This document shows positions 27,049-37,495 of a DNA stretch of 64,000 nt, in pieces. The DNA is from a virus. The notes under the pieces were generated by a model. It was not told the DNA's origin and made no database searches. It saw only the letters and a list, made by a program, of their open reading frames with translations. The stretch lies in IMG/VR virus record IMGVR_UViG_3300005613_000008, positions 63,324-127,323 of that record; one strand, given 5' to 3'. The first letter of the stretch is position 1; the number at the start of each line of letters is the position of its first letter. The position numbers and the translations under genes are program-made.

Positions 27049-28287
27049 ATGTCTTCATTATTAGAGCAAGCAATCGTAGACGCCAAAGCGTTGAAGGAAG
27101 CCGCAATGAAAAATGCGGAAGCAACCATTATTGACAAGTATTCAGAAGAGGTCAAATCAACCTTGAACCAGCTTCTTGAGCAGGATGAGTTGGAAGCACT
27201 ACTTGGTGGCACTGACGAGACCACCGCAGATGCAGAAGCAACTATGGATGAAGAAGTCGAGAAAGATGAGATTGTTGAAGGCGTTCCAGATGCTTTTACC
27301 GAAGACATTTCTGAACTTGGCGGTGTAAACGAAGGCGATGAGACAGAAGTTACTGTTGATTTTGCCGAACTTGCCGAGGCTCTAAAAGAACTTCGCGAAG
27401 GCGTCGAAGAAGAGACACTCAACGAAGAAGGCTACGATTGTATCAAGGATATGATGGCCGAAGGTATGTCCCGTAGAGAAGCAATTGCCGAGTGTAAGAG
27501 AATGGGCAGACTTGACGAGGCAGAAGAAGAAGATCCAATGGACGAAGAAGTCGAACTTGACGAAGAGTCTATTATGGAGATGGTTGCTGCTATGCTTTCC
27601 GGCGATTCTGCTGCCGCAGAAGAGGAAGCAGACGCCGACCAGATGCAGATGGCTGGTCTCGAAGAAGCCGAAGAGGAAGAAGAAGTTATGGAAGAAGGTG
27701 AAGATGAAGATCTTTACGAAGAACTTTCTGATTCTATGCTCGATGCAATCGTAGAAAAACTTACTGTAGATATGGGTGCTACGCTCTCTGGTTGGGCAGG
27801 TCGTTCTGACGACGATATGAAACACCAGATGGAGCTAGAGATGGCACATCGCCGCAGCACCGAAGTTGCAGAAGAACTCGAAGCACTCAAGAAGGCTCAA
27901 GAAGAGCTAGTCTTCGAGAACAAGAAACTAAAAGAAACACTTTCTAACTACAAACAAGTAGTTAACTCACTTAAGGAGAATGTGCAGGATGTAAATCTTA
28001 GTAATGCACGTCTTCTTTACACCAACCGCACGCTAAGAAATACCTCCCTGAATGAGCGACAAAAAGAAAGAATTGTCGAAGCGATTTCTAAAGCTGGTTC
28101 GGTTGAGGAAGCAAAGACAATCCACGAGACACTTCAAAGCACAGTGGCGTCCACTCCCAAGAGAGGACCACAATCACTAAGCGAAGCTATCACCCGTCCA
28201 ACTTCCATTATCCGTGCATCCCGTAAGGAAGAACCCAAAGTGGATCCCTTCCAGGCGAGAATGCGTAAACTAGCAGGTTTAGAATAA
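27049..28287 (+). CDS. Prohead core scaffolding protein (gp22-like)
   Basis: Highly acidic coiled coil directly upstream of the capsid gene; C-terminus RMRKLAGL; AGGAG SD before ATG 27049. Confidence 0.75.
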   Translation: MSSLLEQAIVDAKALKEAAMKNAEATIIDKYSEEVKSTLNQLLEQDELEALLGGTDETTADAEATMDEEVEKDEIVEGVPDAFTEDISELGGVNEGDETEVTVDFAELAEALKELREGVEEETLNEEGYDCIKDMMAEGMSRREAIAECKRMGRLDEAEEEDPMDEEVELDEESIMEMVAAMLSGDSAAAEEEADADQMQMAGLEEAEEEEEVMEEGEDEDLYEELSDSMLDAIVEKLTVDMGATLSGWAGRSDDDMKHQMELEMAHRRSTEVAEELEALKKAQEELVFENKKLKETLSNYKQVVNSLKENVQDVNLSNARLLYTNRTLRNTSLNERQKERIVEAISKAGSVEEAKTIHETLQSTVASTPKRGPQSLSEAITRPTSIIRASRKEEPKVDPFQARMRKLAGLE

Positions 28288-28313
28288 CAAAATAAAAAGG
28301 AGGTTTATTCATT

Positions 28314-30119
28314 ATGTCTAGTATTGTTGAAAGACTCACCGAGGGTGTAGTCAACCGTGATATGCGTGCCGAGTCCCACGCTCTTCTATCCAAGTGGAAG
28401 AAAACAGGTCTTCTTGAGGGTCTAGAGGGTGAGCGTCAGGCTAACTCCATGGCTCGTCTACTTGAGAACCAAGCCAAGGAGCTACTCCGTGAGGCTAACT
28501 CTATGTCTTCTGGTGATGTCGAAGGCTTCGCTGCCGTCGCATTCCCCATTGTTCGTCGCGTTTTCGCTGGTCTTATCGCCAACGATCTCGTCAGCGTTCA
28601 GCCCATGAGCCTACCTTCTGGTCTCATCTTCTTCCTCGATTTCACTTTCTCTGGTGATCTCGGTGATGGTAATACTCAGGATCGTCGCTTCGGTAACGTT
28701 GCTGATAAGTCCATCTACGGTACCGATCAGGTTGGTTCACAGGTTACCGGTGGTGTTGATCTCGTTGATACTCGCGGTGGTGACCTTTCTGGTCCTCGTT
28801 CTTCTGCTCGCGGCTACGCCTACGCTAGCCCAAGTGGCTCCGCTATCCTTAGCTCCTCTGCTACAGCATTCACCTCTTCAGGTTGGCAGATTGGCGCTGA
28901 GACAGCAGCACAGCGTAAGGCTGTACAGTTCGACCCAGATGTCATGCAGTTCTCTGGTTCTAGCACTGCTCATTACATCCTAGAATTGCAGCTTCCAAAG
29001 GCAGCCACACAATGGTCTTCTGGTGACTGGGCTTATCTAGACTACAACAACCTCTCAGCGGTTGATGTCATGGACCTAACCGATCTAGACGATATCACTG
29101 ACGGTGCTAGCGGAGGTTACACCTCTTCTAACACTTCACGTCTACGTCGTCTAACTCAGGTGACCGATACTCTTGTTAAGCTTTACTTCTTGACAACTGT
29201 TGACACTACTGCTACTGCTGATGGTACTGGTGGCAGCGCGAACCTAAACGTAGAATTCCCAATTGTTGATCAGTTCCAAGCTGGTGCCAACACTTCACTT
29301 GGCGCGGTTCGTGGCGATACTCCTTGGGGTCTTGAAGGCAACGCTGACATCCCTGAGATCGACATCAAGGTCGATTCCATCGCTGTCACCGCTCAGACCA
29401 AGAAGCTCAAGGCTAAGTGGACCCCCGAACTCGGTCAGGATCTCAACGCCTACCACAACCTCGATGCCGAGGTTGAGCTTACCAGCCTTCTCTCCGAGCA
29501 GATTGCTCTTGAGATCGACCGCGAGATCCTTGCTGACCTCGTTAACGGTGCTACTGCTGGTACCCGCTACTGGTCACGCGCTCCCGGTCTCTTCGTTGAT
29601 TCCAACGGTAACGAGATTGGTGCCAGCGCTAAGGCTCCCGACTTCACTGGTACTGTCAGTGAGTGGTACGAGACCCTCGTTGAGACCATCAACGATGTCT
29701 CTGCTCAGATCCACCGTAAGACTCTTCGTGGTGGTGCTAACTTCGTCGTCTGCGGACCTGAAGTTGCCAACATCCTTGAGTTCACCGCTGGCTTCCGCGC
29801 AAGCGTCACTCACACCGACGAGAAGGGCTCCATCGGCGCTCTCAAGGTTGGTTCACTCAGCAAGAAGTTTGATGTCATTGTTGACCCCTACTTCCTACGC
29901 AACGTCATCCTAGTTGGTCGTCGCGGTAGCTCCTTCCTCGAAAGCGGCTACGTCTACGCTCCCTACGTCCCGCTACAGACTACACCCACAATCTTCGGAC
30001 CAGAAGACTTCGTACCGCGTAAGGGCGTTATGACCCGTTACGCCAAGAAGATGGTTCGTCCAGATATGTACGGTCTAGTCGTCGTTCGTGGTCTCCTAGG
30101 TGAGTCTGGCGGCTCCTGA
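28314..30119 (+). CDS. Major capsid protein (T4 gp23-like) with a large insertion
   Basis: AFPIVRRVF..LIANDLVSVQPM..PSGLIFF, KKLKAKWTPELGQDLNAYH.LDAEVEL..LSEQIALEIDREIL, YAPYVPL, KGVMTRY. Confidence 0.95.
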   Translation: MSSIVERLTEGVVNRDMRAESHALLSKWKKTGLLEGLEGERQANSMARLLENQAKELLREANSMSSGDVEGFAAVAFPIVRRVFAGLIANDLVSVQPMSLPSGLIFFLDFTFSGDLGDGNTQDRRFGNVADKSIYGTDQVGSQVTGGVDLVDTRGGDLSGPRSSARGYAYASPSGSAILSSSATAFTSSGWQIGAETAAQRKAVQFDPDVMQFSGSSTAHYILELQLPKAATQWSSGDWAYLDYNNLSAVDVMDLTDLDDITDGASGGYTSSNTSRLRRLTQVTDTLVKLYFLTTVDTTATADGTGGSANLNVEFPIVDQFQAGANTSLGAVRGDTPWGLEGNADIPEIDIKVDSIAVTAQTKKLKAKWTPELGQDLNAYHNLDAEVELTSLLSEQIALEIDREILADLVNGATAGTRYWSRAPGLFVDSNGNEIGASAKAPDFTGTVSEWYETLVETINDVSAQIHRKTLRGGANFVVCGPEVANILEFTAGFRASVTHTDEKGSIGALKVGSLSKKFDVIVDPYFLRNVILVGRRGSSFLESGYVYAPYVPLQTTPTIFGPEDFVPRKGVMTRYAKKMVRPDMYGLVVVRGLLGESGGS

Positions 30120-30141
30120 TAGCTAGCCAACTCTAAAACCT

Positions 30142-30173
30142 AAGCCCCCTGCTTCGGCAGGGGGTTTTTGTTT
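30142..30173 (+). terminator. Intrinsic terminator with UUCG loop
   Basis: CCCCCTGC-TTCG-GCAGGGGG followed by TTTTTGTTT. Confidence 0.9.
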
Positions 30174-30181
30174 GTGCGCCC

Positions 30182-30189
30182 ACTATTTA
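30182..30189 (+). promoter_or_regulatory. Putative late promoter (ACTATTTA)
   Basis: After the capsid terminator, 30 nt before the neck gene. Confidence 0.65.
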
Positions 30190-30211
30190 CTACGATTAGG
30201 AGGCTCTATGA

Positions 30212-31489
30212 ATGCCCACAAACTTACAACCACTTTCCGAGACTAGCGCAGTAATTCTTTCATCAACTGGCGATCCGTCAGCAGTAGCCGCAGCAGTTCC
30301 GTTTGGAATCTATAATGATTCAAACTATTTTCTCACAGGAGCAGCAAAGCAGGTAGATTTTGTCTACAAAAGACTTGGTGGCGATGTAGTAGACATTGAG
30401 CTTACAAACGCAAATGTTTATGCTGCTTATGAAGAAGCAGTCTTAGAATACTCCTACATCCTCAACATGCACCAAGGCAAGAATGTTCTTGGTGATGCTC
30501 TTGGGAAAACAACAGGAACCTTCGATCATAACGGTGATACCCTAACAGGACCAGAAGGAGCGAACCTACAATACACAAAGATTACCCTTTCTTATGCTAA
30601 TAAAGTAGGTGACGCTGTTGCTACTATGGCTGGTGTTGGCGGTTCTACTCCAATCTACTCTGCTTCTTTCACAACAGTAAAAAACCAACAGGATTATGAT
30701 CTTCAATCGATTATCTCCGCAGCTTCCGACACAGGTTTAGACGATGCTGGCAATGCTGTGCCTTATGCTGGAAAAGTTGGAGATTCCAGAGTAATCATCG
30801 ATAAGGTTTTTTATCGCTCTCCAATCGCAATGTGGCGCTTCTATGGCTACTACGGAGGCATGGGTGTCGTCGGCAACTACTCTACCTACGGGCAGTATGC
30901 TGATGATTCTACTTTTGAGATCGTACCAACTTGGCAAAATAAACTTCAAGCCATTATGTATGAAGACTCACTTTACACAAGAACCTCTCATTATTCATTT
31001 GAGATCATTGATAACAAGCTAAGGCTTTATCCAACTCCACGCGGAGAAGATAACTTCGCTGGCTATCTTGATCGTATTTGGGTTCGTTTCCGCATTGTTG
31101 ATAACTCTTGGGGTGAGGACGGAGATACAAACACAGGTGTAAATGGTGTCAACAACATCAACACACTTCCATTTGATAACATCCCTTATGAAAACATCAA
31201 CTCTATGGGTAAGCAATGGATTCGCAACTATGCTCTTGCTCTATGTAAAGAGATGTTAGGGCAGATTCGCGGTAAGTTCCAAACTGTCCCAATCCCCGGT
31301 GAGTCTGTTACTCTCAACTATTCTTCCCTTCTATCCGAGGCTCAAAAAGAAAAAGAAGACCTACGACAGAAGCTAGCAGATATGTTGAAAGAAATGGAAT
31401 ACCCAGAACTCGCAAAGAAAGATCAAGAGAAGGTTACGGCAGCAGAAGAAGTTCTTCGTCGCTCTCCACTACCTATCTTTGTAGGATAA
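30212..31489 (+). CDS. Neck/head-tail adaptor (gp13-like)
   Basis: VDIELT...EEAVLEY; WIRNYALALCKEMLGQIRGKF..VPIPG..VTLN...LLSEA; positioned after the capsid gene. Confidence 0.8.
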   Translation: MPTNLQPLSETSAVILSSTGDPSAVAAAVPFGIYNDSNYFLTGAAKQVDFVYKRLGGDVVDIELTNANVYAAYEEAVLEYSYILNMHQGKNVLGDALGKTTGTFDHNGDTLTGPEGANLQYTKITLSYANKVGDAVATMAGVGGSTPIYSASFTTVKNQQDYDLQSIISAASDTGLDDAGNAVPYAGKVGDSRVIIDKVFYRSPIAMWRFYGYYGGMGVVGNYSTYGQYADDSTFEIVPTWQNKLQAIMYEDSLYTRTSHYSFEIIDNKLRLYPTPRGEDNFAGYLDRIWVRFRIVDNSWGEDGDTNTGVNGVNNINTLPFDNIPYENINSMGKQWIRNYALALCKEMLGQIRGKFQTVPIPGESVTLNYSSLLSEAQKEKEDLRQKLADMLKEMEYPELAKKDQEKVTAAEEVLRRSPLPIFVG

Positions 31490-31493
31490 CTAA

Positions 31494-31985
31494 ATGTCAG
31501 ATAACGAATGGTCTAGACCAGCATCACCTCCACCGCCACTCTTTCTTGGCAAGAAAGAACGTGATCTCGTTAAGCAAGTCAATGACGAACTTGTAGAAAA
31601 AGTAATCGGACAACAGATTCTCTATTACCCTATTGATCTCGAAACAACAAACTTTCATGAGCTTTATGGCGAGGCTATAGAAAAAACTTATCTACCACCA
31701 ATAAGAGTTTATGCTCTTGTTAAGTTCGATCAAGATGATACTTCTTATCTAGACTCAGTTGGTATTGATAATGTATCTGAGATTACGATTCATTTTCATA
31801 AACGCAGACTTACAGAAGACCAAAATGTTTTTGTAAGAGAAGGCGACTTTGTTCTCTATGGAGATCTCTATTATGAAATTATGGCTCTTTCTTCGCAAAG
31901 AAAATTGTTTGGTCAAGTAAACCACGCATTTGAAATTTCTGCTAAATGTAAGAGAGCACGCAAGGGACTATTCGATGCTACCTGA
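31494..31985 (+). CDS. Neck/head completion protein (gp14-like)
   Basis: GQQILYYPI...LYGE.IEK.Y, VREGDFVLYG..YYEI; synteny with the neck genes. Confidence 0.7.
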   Translation: MSDNEWSRPASPPPPLFLGKKERDLVKQVNDELVEKVIGQQILYYPIDLETTNFHELYGEAIEKTYLPPIRVYALVKFDQDDTSYLDSVGIDNVSEITIHFHKRRLTEDQNVFVREGDFVLYGDLYYEIMALSSQRKLFGQVNHAFEISAKCKRARKGLFDAT

Positions 31986-32862
31986 TAATTTTGACTTCGC
32001 ACAACTTCCTGAAGATAAAAAAGACTTTACCCTTAAAGAAGTAGGGATGCTTGCTTCTCGCATAGAGGACATTGACTACGCAATTGTTTCTTGGATTAAA
32101 GAAGATTTAGATTTGTCAACTCTAACGAATGAAGGCTACAAGCGTGTACCTGTTTTGTGGCAAACACCAGAGAGAGCATTCCAAATAAAGAATAACAAAG
32201 ACCTTCGAGCGCCTGATGATCATAGTTCAGGTGCCATTACACTTCCTGTGATCACTATTGAAAGAACTGGTATCACCAAAGATCCGACAAGAAAGGGAGG
32301 TTATCAGGCACAGATCTTTTCAAATCAACGGAATGGCAGAGTAGGTCGTATGACTATCGCCAAGCGTATCAAGCAAGATAAGACTCGCAACTTTGCGGTT
32401 GTTGGAAACACTCGCACAAACACTTCAGGAGATAGGCAAAAGTTCTTTCCGAGAGTAAACAAGAAGGTTGTTATTGAAACCCTTTCAATCCCTATTCCTA
32501 TCTATGTCAATCTCGACTATAAGATTGTTGTCAAGACAGAATACCAACAGCAAATGAATGATCTTACCCAGCCATTCATGACGAGAACAGGACAAATAAA
32601 TTCATTTGTAATGCGTAGAAATGGTCATCTTTATGAAGCCTTTATTGACCAAGGTTTCAACCAGTCCAACAATGTCGCCAATCTAGGTGAAGATGAAAGA
32701 CAGTTCACGAGTGAAGTAAATATCAAAGTATTGGGCTATCTCATAGGCGAAGGCAACAGCGATGATAGACCCATCGTTACCAAAGAAGAGAGCATAGTTG
32801 AGATAACCTATCCAAGAGAGACAGTAGTTCCAGCAGACAATGACAACTTTTTTATGGACTAA
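31975..32862 (+). CDS. Tail terminator/sheath stabiliser (gp15-like)
   Basis: VPVLWQTPERAF...LPVITIERT, PIYVNLDY; lies between neck and sheath; likely start ATG 31975 (MLPDN). Confidence 0.65.
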   Translation: MLPDNFDFAQLPEDKKDFTLKEVGMLASRIEDIDYAIVSWIKEDLDLSTLTNEGYKRVPVLWQTPERAFQIKNNKDLRAPDDHSSGAITLPVITIERTGITKDPTRKGGYQAQIFSNQRNGRVGRMTIAKRIKQDKTRNFAVVGNTRTNTSGDRQKFFPRVNKKVVIETLSIPIPIYVNLDYKIVVKTEYQQQMNDLTQPFMTRTGQINSFVMRRNGHLYEAFIDQGFNQSNNVANLGEDERQFTSEVNIKVLGYLIGEGNSDDRPIVTKEESIVEITYPRETVVPADNDNFFMD

Positions 32863-32894
32863 TGATATCCTGAAGTCTCTTTGAGGCAACTACT

Positions 32895-32926
32895 ACTATT
32901 TACATTATGATTAGCGATGCTATTTA
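32895..32926 (+). promoter_or_regulatory. Tandem putative late promoters (ACTATTTA 32895-32902, CTATTTA 32920-32926)
   Basis: Two motif copies in the intergenic region before the sheath gene. Confidence 0.6.
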
Positions 32927-32957
32927 GTATCATTTACTATAAAGAGAGGTTCTTAGA

Positions 32958-35750
32958 ATGTCAGTAAAAAGTTTCAAGTTTGTGTCTCCCGGTGTATTTA
33001 TCAACGAAATTGATAACTCTTTCCGCCCCCGCAGACCAGACACAATTGGTCCAGTAGTTATTGGGCGTGCTGCCCGTGGTCCTGCCATGCAGCCAGTAAA
33101 GGTAGAATCATACTCTCAGTTTGTTGAGGTATTTGGTGATACAGTACCCGGAAATGGTGGTGGCGATGTCTACCGCGACGGAAACTACCAGTCCCCAATG
33201 TATGGCACTTACGCCGCGAAGGCATTCTTAAACGCCAATGTTGCTCCGCTTACCTACGTTCGCTTGCTCGGAGAGCAAAATGTTAATAAAGCCTCTGGTG
33301 GTGAGAACGGATGGCAAACCACAAAGACTCCCGATCCTGCTCTAGCAGATAACGGTGGTGCTTACGGTCTTTGGATGTTTAACTCATCATCTGCTGCCGA
33401 TCTCGGTGATGGAACATTGGTCGCAATCTGGTATCTAGACTCTGGTTCTGCTGTTCTTCTTTCAGGAACACTAGCACAGGGCAGTGTCTCAGATACAAGT
33501 GCTTCAGTTGGGGGTGTCTACACAGAAGATTCTTCTGGCGATTTCACTATTCTAATAGAATCCGCAGACTCTGGGATTACAGATGAGAAAATTACATTTA
33601 ACTTTGATGATAGTTCTGACAAGTTTATCCGCAAGGTATTTAATACTAACCCACAGGTTGGTAACGATGGTGCGGATAGCTTCTATCCTGCCTCTTCTAA
33701 AAAGGCTTACTGGCTTGGTGAATCTTTTGAACAAGAAGTGAGAGACACCTTCACTGGAAATAAGTTTGCAATGATTACTCCCCTAAAGGGAACATCTGAC
33801 TCTCCAGCAAACATGACAGATGTTGCAGACCTCAAGGGCAGAACCGGTTGGTTCATTGGGCAAGATTTGGGACTTGCTTCATCTTACAATCCCGCCACTG
33901 CACAAAAGCTATTCTACTTTGAAGATCTAGGGCACAGTGAGTGGCTAAACAAAAATGTAAAGATTTCTATCGAGAAAATCAAACCATCAAACACAAAAAC
34001 TTCTGATTACGGAACATTCTCCGTAGTATTGAGAAATCTAAAAGATACAGACCCTAAAACAGTTATTTTGGAACGTTTCGACAACCTAACCCTAGATCCA
34101 ACATCACCAAACTTTATTGCTAAGAAGATTGGTGATATGGAATATGTTTGGGACGAAACAGAGAGAACTCTAAAGCAATACGGAGACTATGCAAATCTAT
34201 CTAAGTTTATTCGTGTTGTAATGAACTCTGACGTAGAAGCCGGTGCAACAGACGCAACCCTATTACCTTTTGGCTACTATGGTCCACCCCGCTACGGCGG
34301 CACTTCTGGCGCTACTTACTCTGGCGCTACTGGCGGTGATTTATCGAATGTTCTTGTTCTAACTTCTAGTGTTTATGGCTCTATGGCTAATTTTATGTCT
34401 GGAGCTTCTGCACAACTAAGTGGAACATTTAACTGGCCTGTTGTGAGACTACGCCACTCAGCTTCTGACGGCGGAATCGCTGACAGACGTAATGCCTACT
34501 TCGGTATGATGTCCACAAGAACAGCAGGAAGCACAGTTGCTGATATGAGCATCGCAGACCCACATAGATATTGGCCAGGAACCTCAGAGGCAGATTATGC
34601 TTACATCTTCTCACTTGACGATATTGTTGTAGATGGTTCAAATGTCTATTATCTCTCTGGTTCTCGTGTAGCTGGAACAAGTGAGACTGCCGTAAATAGC
34701 GCCTCAGATCTTCTAGATGCAGGTTATAACCGCTTTACAGCACCAATCTGGGGCGGCTTCGATGGCTTTGACATTACCAAGCCTGACCCAATGTACAATG
34801 CTGGTCTATCAAGCGGAACCGAGTTAACAAACTATGCTTACAACTCTATGAAGCGAGCAATCGATACAGTTGCAGACCCAGAGTTTGTTGATATGAATCT
34901 ACTTGCTACACCCGGTCTTACTAACACTGGACTAACCACAAGAATGGTTGACTTATGCGAAGAGCGTGCCGATGCAATGGCTCTAATCGACCTACCCAAT
35001 GTTTACAAACCTGCTGCCGAAGGCTATGAATCCTCTAAGCAAGCACGAGTTGTTGGTAACCCACAGACTGCTGCAAACGACTTAAGAACACGTCAGATTG
35101 ACTCTTCTTATGGTGCGACATTCTATCCATGGGTACAAACTTTGGATGAGCCAACTGGGCAGCTTCTTTGGGTACCACCTTCTGTTGCTATGATGGGTGT
35201 TCTAGCATCTTCAGAAAGATCTTCACAGGTGTGGTTTGCTCCAGCAGGCTTCAACCGAGGCGGACTATCAGACGGTGCAGCAGGTATTCCAGTTACAAAT
35301 GTAACAGAGCGCCTATCTTCTCGCGACCGTGATACACTTTACGAGGCTCGCATTAACCCAATCGCTAGCTTCCCAAGCAGTGGTATTGTCGTGTTCGGTC
35401 AGAAGACCCTACAAGAGCGCCCATCTGCTCTAGACCGTATTAATGTACGCCGTCTAGTTATCTATCTCAAGAAGCAGATCTCCATACTTTCTACTCAGAT
35501 TCTATTTGAGCAGAATGTACAGGCAACTTGGAACCGCTTTAAGGGTCTAGTAGAGCCTTTCCTTGCTAACGTTAAAGTTCAGTTCGGTATCTCTGATTAC
35601 CGCCTAATTCTAGACGAGAGCACAACAACGCCCGACCTAGTTGATCAGAACATCATGTATGCTAAGATCATGGTCAAGCCCGCCCGCGCTATCGAATACA
35701 TCGCAATTGACTTTGTGGTTGCTTCATCTGGCGCATCATTTGACGACTGA
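32958..35750 (+). CDS. Contractile tail sheath protein (gp18-like)
   Basis: FVSPGVFINEID, IGRAARGP, WFAPAGFNRG, LYEARINPI, VFGQKTLQ...SALDRINVRRL, IMVKPARAIEYIAIDF. Confidence 0.95.
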   Translation: MSVKSFKFVSPGVFINEIDNSFRPRRPDTIGPVVIGRAARGPAMQPVKVESYSQFVEVFGDTVPGNGGGDVYRDGNYQSPMYGTYAAKAFLNANVAPLTYVRLLGEQNVNKASGGENGWQTTKTPDPALADNGGAYGLWMFNSSSAADLGDGTLVAIWYLDSGSAVLLSGTLAQGSVSDTSASVGGVYTEDSSGDFTILIESADSGITDEKITFNFDDSSDKFIRKVFNTNPQVGNDGADSFYPASSKKAYWLGESFEQEVRDTFTGNKFAMITPLKGTSDSPANMTDVADLKGRTGWFIGQDLGLASSYNPATAQKLFYFEDLGHSEWLNKNVKISIEKIKPSNTKTSDYGTFSVVLRNLKDTDPKTVILERFDNLTLDPTSPNFIAKKIGDMEYVWDETERTLKQYGDYANLSKFIRVVMNSDVEAGATDATLLPFGYYGPPRYGGTSGATYSGATGGDLSNVLVLTSSVYGSMANFMSGASAQLSGTFNWPVVRLRHSASDGGIADRRNAYFGMMSTRTAGSTVADMSIADPHRYWPGTSEADYAYIFSLDDIVVDGSNVYYLSGSRVAGTSETAVNSASDLLDAGYNRFTAPIWGGFDGFDITKPDPMYNAGLSSGTELTNYAYNSMKRAIDTVADPEFVDMNLLATPGLTNTGLTTRMVDLCEERADAMALIDLPNVYKPAAEGYESSKQARVVGNPQTAANDLRTRQIDSSYGATFYPWVQTLDEPTGQLLWVPPSVAMMGVLASSERSSQVWFAPAGFNRGGLSDGAAGIPVTNVTERLSSRDRDTLYEARINPIASFPSSGIVVFGQKTLQERPSALDRINVRRLVIYLKKQISILSTQILFEQNVQATWNRFKGLVEPFLANVKVQFGISDYRLILDESTTTPDLVDQNIMYAKIMVKPARAIEYIAIDFVVASSGASFDD

Positions 35751-35754
35751 TAAA

Positions 35755-35783
35755 TGGGGGCTTTTGCCCCCACCAACTACTTA
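35755..35783 (+). promoter_or_regulatory. GC hairpin followed by late-promoter variant (CTACTTA 35777-35783)
   Basis: TGGGGGC-TTTT-GCCCCCA without a U-tract, then the motif 34 nt before the tube gene. Confidence 0.5.
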
Positions 35784-35810
35784 TTTATGAATTACAGGAG
35801 AACCTAACAA

Positions 35811-36398
35811 ATGCCATTCTGGTCAACAAACTTCGGACAGGACGCAACCCTAAAAGATCCAAAGCGTAAACATCGATTTACCGTAGAATTCCAAGGAATT
35901 AACGCTGCTCAGGGAGGTGCTCTCCTTTGGTACGCAAAGACTGCCACTAAGCCCGGCTTCACCGTTAATGCTGCCGAGCACAAGTATCTCGGTCACACCT
36001 TTTACTACCCTGGTAACGTTACTTGGGAACAGGTTACTGTAACACTTGTTGACCCAGTTGATCCAGATGTTACTGCTACTTTCGCTGACATTGTTACTGC
36101 TGGTGGCTACACCCCCCCCACTGATGCCAACTCACTTGGCACCGTTTCCAAGGCAAAGGCTACTGGCGCTCTTGGTAATGTCCTAATCACTCAACTCGAC
36201 GGTGATGGTAATCCAGTTGAGACTTGGACCTTGTGGAACGCTTTTGTAACAAGCATGAAACAGGACGATCTTGACTACACTTCTGACGAGTTGGCTACCA
36301 CCACAATTGAGCTTCGCTTCGACTGGGCAAGAGTAGAAACACTCAACAATTCTTCTGCTGTCAATGGTTCCGGCGGAAACTCATTCTTCAACGTTTGA
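35811..36398 (+). CDS. Tail tube protein (gp19-like)
   Basis: DPKRKHRF.VEF, YYPG.VTWE.VTVTL.D, WTLWNAF, LDY, L.FDWA. Confidence 0.9.
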   Translation: MPFWSTNFGQDATLKDPKRKHRFTVEFQGINAAQGGALLWYAKTATKPGFTVNAAEHKYLGHTFYYPGNVTWEQVTVTLVDPVDPDVTATFADIVTAGGYTPPTDANSLGTVSKAKATGALGNVLITQLDGDGNPVETWTLWNAFVTSMKQDDLDYTSDELATTTIELRFDWARVETLNNSSAVNGSGGNSFFNV

Positions 36399-36427
36399 TA
36401 AGACAATAACTAAACGCGAGGTGTAAA

Positions 36428-37252
36428 TTGTCAAGAAATCAAGATCGCCTAGGTGGCGTTCAACAGCATGACACGAGCCCCCCACCCCAACAGGGTGGCG
36501 GGGGTTTCTCGTTTGTAGTTCCAACCGAATTTGTGGATCTACCTTCACAGGGTCGCTTTTATGCACAGGGTCACCCTCTTCACGGAAAAGACTCTATCGA
36601 AATCAAGCAGATGACTGCCAAGGAAGAAGACATTCTCACTTCGAGAACTCTTTTGAAGAAAGGTATTGCTCTAGATAGATTGATCGAAAGTTTAATCGTT
36701 GATAAATCTATCAACCCAACAAGCCTTCTTATTGGTGATCGTAACGCTATCATCGTTGCTGCAAGAGTTTCTGGCTATGGCAATAGCTATGAGACAAGCG
36801 TTCAGTGCCCCGCCTGCGAGACAAAACAGACTTATGGATTTGATTTAAACTCTGCTCATATTCAGCATGGCGAAATGAAAGAAAATCTTGGAGTAACTGA
36901 CAATGGTGATGGAACAATCACTTGCATTCTTCCAAAAACACAGATTACCGTTGTTGCAAGATTGCTAACAGGTCGTGAAGAGAAACTGCTATTAAGCCTA
37001 AACGAAAACACAGGACTTATTTCTACTCAGTTACAGTCCATTATTGTGAGTGCTAATGGAGATTCTTCTCAGCAAGCAATCAACTATGTTTCCAACAACC
37101 TACCTTCATTTGATTCTCGTCATCTAAGAATGATTCTCAAAATGGCTACCCCCAATGTTGATTTAACACAGCAGTTCTCTTGTACCAATTGCGGTCATAC
37201 ACAAGAGATGGAGGTGCCGCTTACGGCGGACTTTTTTTGGCCTGACCGATGA
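36428..37252 (+). CDS. Baseplate hub/tail assembly chaperone (T4 gp26-like)
   Basis: VDLPSQGRFY, MTAKEEDIL, LLIGDRNAI..AAR.SGYG, CPAC and CTNC; TTG start after GAGGTG. Confidence 0.75.
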   Translation: MSRNQDRLGGVQQHDTSPPPQQGGGGFSFVVPTEFVDLPSQGRFYAQGHPLHGKDSIEIKQMTAKEEDILTSRTLLKKGIALDRLIESLIVDKSINPTSLLIGDRNAIIVAARVSGYGNSYETSVQCPACETKQTYGFDLNSAHIQHGEMKENLGVTDNGDGTITCILPKTQITVVARLLTGREEKLLLSLNENTGLISTQLQSIIVSANGDSSQQAINYVSNNLPSFDSRHLRMILKMATPNVDLTQQFSCTNCGHTQEMEVPLTADFFWPDR

Positions 37253-37490
37253 ATACAATGAAGGGATTTATGAAGAAATTTTCTTCCTCAAGTATTCAGG
37301 TGGCTGGAGTTTTTCAGAAGCTTACAGCCTGCCCATAGGGCTCAGAAAATGGTTTGTCCAACGAACCATCAAGCAGCTTGAGATGGAATCAGAAGCAATC
37401 AAGAAAGCCTCGAAAGGGCAATCTAATTCCAGTTATCAGGAACTGACCCCTTCTAATCAACCACCAATTCCAAAAGAATATGCTAGATGA
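37239..37490 (+). CDS. Start-less +1-frame ORF (83 codons), putative frameshift extension of the chaperone (gp51/gpT-like)
   Basis: GLTDEYNEGIYEEIFFLKYSGGWSFSEAYSLPIGLRKWFVQRTIKQLE...; begins right after a run of 7 T (37232-37238) and ends just before a terminator. Confidence 0.7.
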   Translation, partial: GLTDEYNEGIYEEIFFLKYSGGWSFSEAYSLPIGLRKWFVQRTIKQLEMESEAIKKASKGQSNSSYQELTPSNQPPIPKEYAR

Positions 37491-37495
37491 TCTTG

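Noticed and set aside
37231-37245. Classical -1 frameshift at the T-run
   Set aside because: The -1 frame meets TGA at 37243-37245 within a few codons; only +1/-2 reaches the downstream domain.
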